This document shows positions 61,201 through 64,000 of a DNA stretch of 64,000 nucleotides, one piece after another (position 1 is the stretch's first letter; each line of letters begins with the position of its first letter). The notes below the pieces were generated by a model. That model was not told the DNA's origin. It worked only from the letters and a program-made list of their open reading frames with translations, and did no database searches. The stretch is from Monocercomonoides exilis PA203 (lineage: Eukaryota > Protista > Preaxostyla), in contig LSRY02000006.1 of assembly GCA_001643675.2 (NCBI GenBank), positions 372,001-436,000 of the forward strand, given 5' to 3'. Position numbers and translations under genes: made by a program.

Positions 61201-64000
61201 TCAGAAGTGAGAGTTGTTGGATGTTCGCTGGGGATGTGTTCGTGCTCCGGGGTGAAGGGAAGAGGAGGAGGGGTGATGGTTGATGCACTTGACCCGAATG
61301 AGGGTGGAGCCAGTGGATTTGGGCCTGTTGGGATAAGGATGGAGAATGTGAGGTTTTGGGGGAACGAGGCATTTGTGGGGAAGGATGTGTTCATCAGATG
61401 CGAATCGATTGCCAAACAGATCAATGAGACATTGTTTGTGCTGGATCTCAGCCAGGATGCCCTGAAATCCTCCAACTCCATCTGTGGGTCAGACAAGGAA
61501 AGGAATGATGTTGATCTGATCCCTCTGATCACATTCTATTACGGCCAGCAGGTGTTTGTCTCATTGAGTGGAAGAGATGACAGACAATGTGGGACACAGA
61601 ACAATCCTTGCCTGAGCATTGGCAGCGCTGTGAAGCACATTCAAAGAGGCATTGCAAATATGCTTCTGATTGATGGAGAAGGGGCAATTGGGGGAGAGTG
61701 TGTGATTGGGGATATGAATGTGAAGAGTCTGAAGAAGACTCAATCCACAATCCATCTTGAAGGAAAGATGGAGGTTGTGGGGGATGAAGGGAGTGTGGTT
61801 GTGTTTGTGAATGAGAGTGCTGTGGAGAAATGTGAATTCTTGTTTGGGTTGAGCTTTGAATCAGAGCATTCATGCATTGTGAAAGTGAAGAATGGAACAT
61901 TGGGGGTGAGCGAGTGTTGGTGGAAGAGTGTTGGAATGATGATGCTTTTGAACAGCACAATTGTGGAAGTGGAGGGGGGAGAGCTGGAGATGGAGAAATG
62001 TGTTGTCAGCTGTGTTTCCACTTCACGAGAGATATTGTCCGTCTGTGAAGGGAGCAAGGCTGCGATATATCAGCTGAGGATGAGCGATATCGAGAGCGAG
62101 GATGGAGGGATTGTTGATGCGAATAAAGCAAAGATGGAGGCGAAGGAGATGTCGATGAGCAACATCACCAGACAGAACAGAGGGAGCATTGTGAAGATCG
62201 TGGAATGTGCAGAAAGAGTGGATTTGATGAATTGCTCGATGAGGATGTGTTTGGGAAAAGAAGAGAGAGGATGGATGGTGAGCGTGTGGAACTGTGAGCG
62301 TGTGAATGTTGATTGTTGTGAGTTTGATGGAGAAGAGGGAGAGAATGAAGAAAGAACAAGAAATGAGCAGAATGAAGGAGAAAAAAGAGAGGAGATATGC
62401 AAATGGAATGGGTCAATGGTTGAATTTGAGAAGAGTGAAGTGGAGATGAAAGTGACTTCGATGAGAAACAGCAAGAATGGGGGATTGTCAGTGAGTGGAG
62501 GAAATGTGGTGATTGAGAAAGGAGAGTTTGTGAACAACAATCCATCGATTGGAAAATATCCCTCAGCTCGGAGAAACATATTGTGTTTGGATTCTGCTCA
62601 GCTGAATATCATGAGCTTGAAGGGAGGAGACGGAGTGAAGGATGATTCATCAATGTGGATTCTGAATGATGGATGCAGTTTGATGGGGATTGTTGAGGAG
62701 CGAGCATCACCATTGTTCATCCCCACACTCCGATCGGTGGAGACAGAGGAGAAGGAAGGGGTGCTGGATGTTGTGTTCAGGGGCACACTTCTTCTGCCGT
62801 GCAACCTGTCGTTTCGGGTTGTTTCGTCGGTGGGGGATGTGGAGCTGGTGGAGACACACGAGATAAGTGAGTCTGGGTTTGTGAGTGAAGAGGAAGTTCG
62901 TGGCACAATTGGGTTGGAGATGGTCAGAGGAGCAGAGGCGAGTGCGGAAGTGAGGGTGTGCATCTTGTTTGGAGATGGCCATTCTCCCTCGGCAACTGAG
63001 TCATTCATCCTGAAGAACAGGAGCGAGGTTGAATCGAAGGGAGATGAAAGGATTGTTGAAGGTGGAAAAGAAGGGAAATCGATATGGCCAATCATTGTTG
63101 TTATATTGGCTGTGATGTTTCTAATTGTTTTCGTTGTTTCGATTGCATTGGCGGTCAGATGGAGAAAGGTTAAAAATGAAGCAGAAGATCTGAGAGAGAT
63201 TGTGAATGATAACATCAGAAAGGATCCGAAGGCGTTTGAGATGGTGACGATGGAGATGTCGCCTGAGGAGCAGTGGAGAAGAGCTGAGAAGGAGGCAGAG
63301 AAGAAGAATGAAGAGAGGATCAAGAAGAGGGTGTATGGGAAGCAGATGCAGCACTCGGAATCATCAGAGCATCTTCTATCTGAGAGCGGATCGACTGAAT
63401 ATATCCTTGGAAGAGACTCAGACAAGATCCCTCAATGGATGCTCGAGAAGGTTGATGAGAAAGAGGAAGAAGAAGTGGAAACAAGGAAGAGAACACCATC
63501 TCCATCCATTTCATCCATTTCATCCACTTCAACCACTGATTCAGATTCCACTTTTGTTCGGAGAGAGGATCTGTGCCCAACCACTTCATCGATGTCGAAT
63601 CTGGTGGATGCAATGGCATGTTCGTCTCCTCATGAGAAATTGATTGTGGATCTGAGGGATTCTCTGTTCATGTTGCTCCATGGAAGGAATAAGACAAAAG
63701 AGATGGCGATTGGCACTTTGCAGGAAAGAGAACAAACAGCTGCTCAGATCCTGTTCTGGGTGGCAAATGGAGCTCTTCATTCATTTGACGAGATGGAAAA
63801 TCCTCTTTCTTCTCTTTCCAGTTTGAGCCCTCACATTGTGCTGTTCTCTGAGCACATGGTCATCTGCATCGTGATGCATTCTGACTTATTATCAGAAGAT
63901 TCAGATTCCTCATCCATCTCTTCGTCAACAATTGTGACATCTGCAAGTGATAATGATGATGATGATGACTCCCTTCCCTCGTCTGCCTTTGAGGATGAGG
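55213..64000 (+). CDS. Second giant intronless receptor-like pseudokinase (>2929 aa, 3'-truncated by window end), paralogue of the 24829 gene
   Basis: ATG at 55213 after an in-frame TAA gives MSSGICYLVFFIHLHFVHMCS. Frame +1 reads open wherever checked and no closed frame +1 ORF is listed, so it apparently runs off the window. GGA/GGG beta-helix motifs, five CG..PC modules, TM ~63082-63162 and the same cytoplasmic motifs. Confidence 0.88.
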   Translation, partial: MSSGICYLVFFIHLHFVHMCSTDYEEDKKEGTEEFEKEIFQDSLTSNEIQSRNVFEKNATESRFHAYSIQKEDFDEENNKNEIKCEDEYRKRRKQLGSVHEGKERRRSNNDAEKSGIEGNLKMMNSSVLYVDLIIMESSNKCFIEAEKKSCVELKGCILSIGEENSPLKLTESCAVLVNVSLASSTQHLHSIPPLFSSERSENQFEHFGRVSMCSSSFSSFLVTRPPFLSSAFVERISLSNLNFFNISTTPAKTESLSTCQCGKATSMNSCSFHSVCDAYDGGIVPSINNPLTSLTASNTSFVGCCRTRNVEFIGTKDGKLTPGRQNETTNTSNTFIWCEWNGSITTGTQNSATDGVSSGGAIFMYNINNGILNVSHSLFNGCVAYSRGGGILCHSLQSVLLNNNIFNVCTAQNYYGGGLYAGAIISCIQISECEFLKCKAQSEGGGLLLNTVGASCSGCVEEEKGEGESACVFECSFISCTIEDIAGGGIFCKNISFAQFKMRNVQFALCAAGSQGGGLFFSPWQQSFPSYDHYFFFLFFHKCRIESAPYGHDVLYEDYFYLYRNLENPFYECYTTNTGEKRVCYYYYSDGNWIDLESQKKGWLKNGVMDKFVGETGNNTNKWCGVNKLKPCKTIGFAVQNTIFDVTSNIILAEGNHTSEATTIDIGTKKISVIGKGRETCSIGTGALSSVGTLFSVSTGHLGMSHLKIDCNSNASPSPSVVVVTDGGGSLSLEDILITMSNTGEYVISSSVFVVLLSQLSIADAEMKDMNNSQSLFSEPDLSSSLFSSSSSALLLTTSTSKESTLANITVKNVKQVNGDGVVVAKSVAEEETFVVWNSTFEDCECERGSGGGLKVKLESATSKFQMGETASSSGGTTSFSQCCCSGNGGGVLMWLAENSFDFEISSVSFVGCGATLGGKDVFANGSKLVRGTITTTKLNVEHNGSIYDELMGYDRNEAGMGIFPLNVFFDSFSGAAHVGIKKNGFGGFDSWFCGLDYFPCKTITKAAQNRFSSSKKIIVLDSGFELAEVVSMAGIYEWEVYCGINKTNVNVKVLSEMTSSYLIIVESKSSIKNIAFQIPYQLSSATSLITSTSSSLTLTDCSVAHSSESTSSVAFGYSIVNAQSGSLKMDRFVMEEGLIFNGHSAVEFCEGMTSVICSGCNISGVVKNCGDGGWMKGTVGGSGKLTVDGCNMNGCSCVGGKGGGIYVGLKGNGKVVVNGTSVIDGNKAENNGGNGGNGGRGGGMFVLMGSGGCGLTIGENVEFSKVNGNVAEYGKDVFVHCESGVFLESKVNTSSFAFFNSRVISSDVLKLSGSENGDESGVIPLFVYLCTMGTKVIVDGSGGNGMDHSHCGFEGFGCLTVDYCANSRLSESSNEIEVVSSSSIRDEIKISLFGVSISGRIVSSDGERMQVNVSDGGSDTQDWLVGCSSSLTMSRLSFVVKGQMNPRRSAFIHSTSTLNMTNCSVSFESGALTNGKIGYNVINIEGGELIVDGFVMEGGVTMNEKSPISITSGVKLEMNNSQMSGVEVIGEDGGCLNVEMKEGGCVKIELSNLSSICSGGSGMKGGGMMISVKNGGSLEMKNVNLSECEVPSEDSSEKKGGLGGAVFAELPDQMGSFVLEGMKFEGCDAWKGKNMFVSGWVLSKIVNKEHFKWEIKEEELGSLDELCGWERKTTGEGYVIPLVVYLWSNWSGDGFVSKDGGGDFSGCGFSEAPCSSIDHLISLRYEPLREGESHISIAGSGFLSHSISFSSSSSSPPTSPDSESQKMVIEGTKKGTAVIISDEDENDANGSPFISSGVSLILTNLSFSNPNPNSHHEILIESSGANICLSVVDCSFVSLNGMADAGFCVMKVNGGRVVVQGCSLDADGELRGFIAFSATATREAIVEDANISNVGVKERSLISMFEDEQTNGMKTKRGISRGENRHSNNEKVVIKVNGSSFTNITNGENRAGMLSVDSFECAMECVLEGCSVSSCRSEMCEEGGGMKVCLKRGESEVRVVGCSLGMCSCSGVKGRGGGVMVDALDPNEGGASGFGPVGIRMENVRFWGNEAFVGKDVFIRCESIAKQINETLFVLDLSQDALKSSNSICGSDKERNDVDLIPLITFYYGQQVFVSLSGRDDRQCGTQNNPCLSIGSAVKHIQRGIANMLLIDGEGAIGGECVIGDMNVKSLKKTQSTIHLEGKMEVVGDEGSVVVFVNESAVEKCEFLFGLSFESEHSCIVKVKNGTLGVSECWWKSVGMMMLLNSTIVEVEGGELEMEKCVVSCVSTSREILSVCEGSKAAIYQLRMSDIESEDGGIVDANKAKMEAKEMSMSNITRQNRGSIVKIVECAERVDLMNCSMRMCLGKEERGWMVSVWNCERVNVDCCEFDGEEGENEERTRNEQNEGEKREEICKWNGSMVEFEKSEVEMKVTSMRNSKNGGLSVSGGNVVIEKGEFVNNNPSIGKYPSARRNILCLDSAQLNIMSLKGGDGVKDDSSMWILNDGCSLMGIVEERASPLFIPTLRSVETEEKEGVLDVVFRGTLLLPCNLSFRVVSSVGDVELVETHEISESGFVSEEEVRGTIGLEMVRGAEASAEVRVCILFGDGHSPSATESFILKNRSEVESKGDERIVEGGKEGKSIWPIIVVILAVMFLIVFVVSIALAVRWRKVKNEAEDLREIVNDNIRKDPKAFEMVTMEMSPEEQWRRAEKEAEKKNEERIKKRVYGKQMQHSESSEHLLSESGSTEYILGRDSDKIPQWMLEKVDEKEEEEVETRKRTPSPSISSISSTSTTDSDSTFVRREDLCPTTSSMSNLVDAMACSSPHEKLIVDLRDSLFMLLHGRNKTKEMAIGTLQEREQTAAQILFWVANGALHSFDEMENPLSSLSSLSPHIVLFSEHMVICIVMHSDLLSEDSDSSSISSSTIVTSASDNDDDDDSLPSSAFEDE

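Overview
AT-rich eukaryotic (protist) DNA using the standard genetic code, with short GT-AG spliceosomal introns. Gene style (giant intronless G+A-rich Cys/Gly surface proteins, poly-Ser-expanded housekeeping proteins) suggests an oxymonad such as Monocercomonoides; this is inference, not a database match. Housekeeping genes: an ATAD2/Yta7-type AAA+ ATPase (3723 aa), a Polo-like kinase (~2250 aa), a SUN-domain protein, ESCRT-III Vps20/CHMP6, a TPR protein, an EGF-repeat membrane protein, a small secreted Gly/Tyr-repeat protein and a few hypotheticals. The most interesting content is one receptor family seen four times: (1) a 2570-aa type I membrane protein at 24829-32541 with a modular beta-helix-like ectodomain and a pseudokinase tail; (2) a >2900-aa paralogue from 55213 to the window end, missing from the ORF track because it has no stop; (3) a decayed TM+pseudokinase pseudogene at ~21.6-22.6 kb; (4) a divergent kinase-less member at the window start. 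The two intact paralogues have very different ectodomains but share a ~506-bp tract around the TM that looks identical, pointing to gene conversion or ectodomain shuffling. Both lie downstream of long AT-rich spacers carrying copies of the same ~200-260-bp palindromic element. All exon models and identities were derived by eye.
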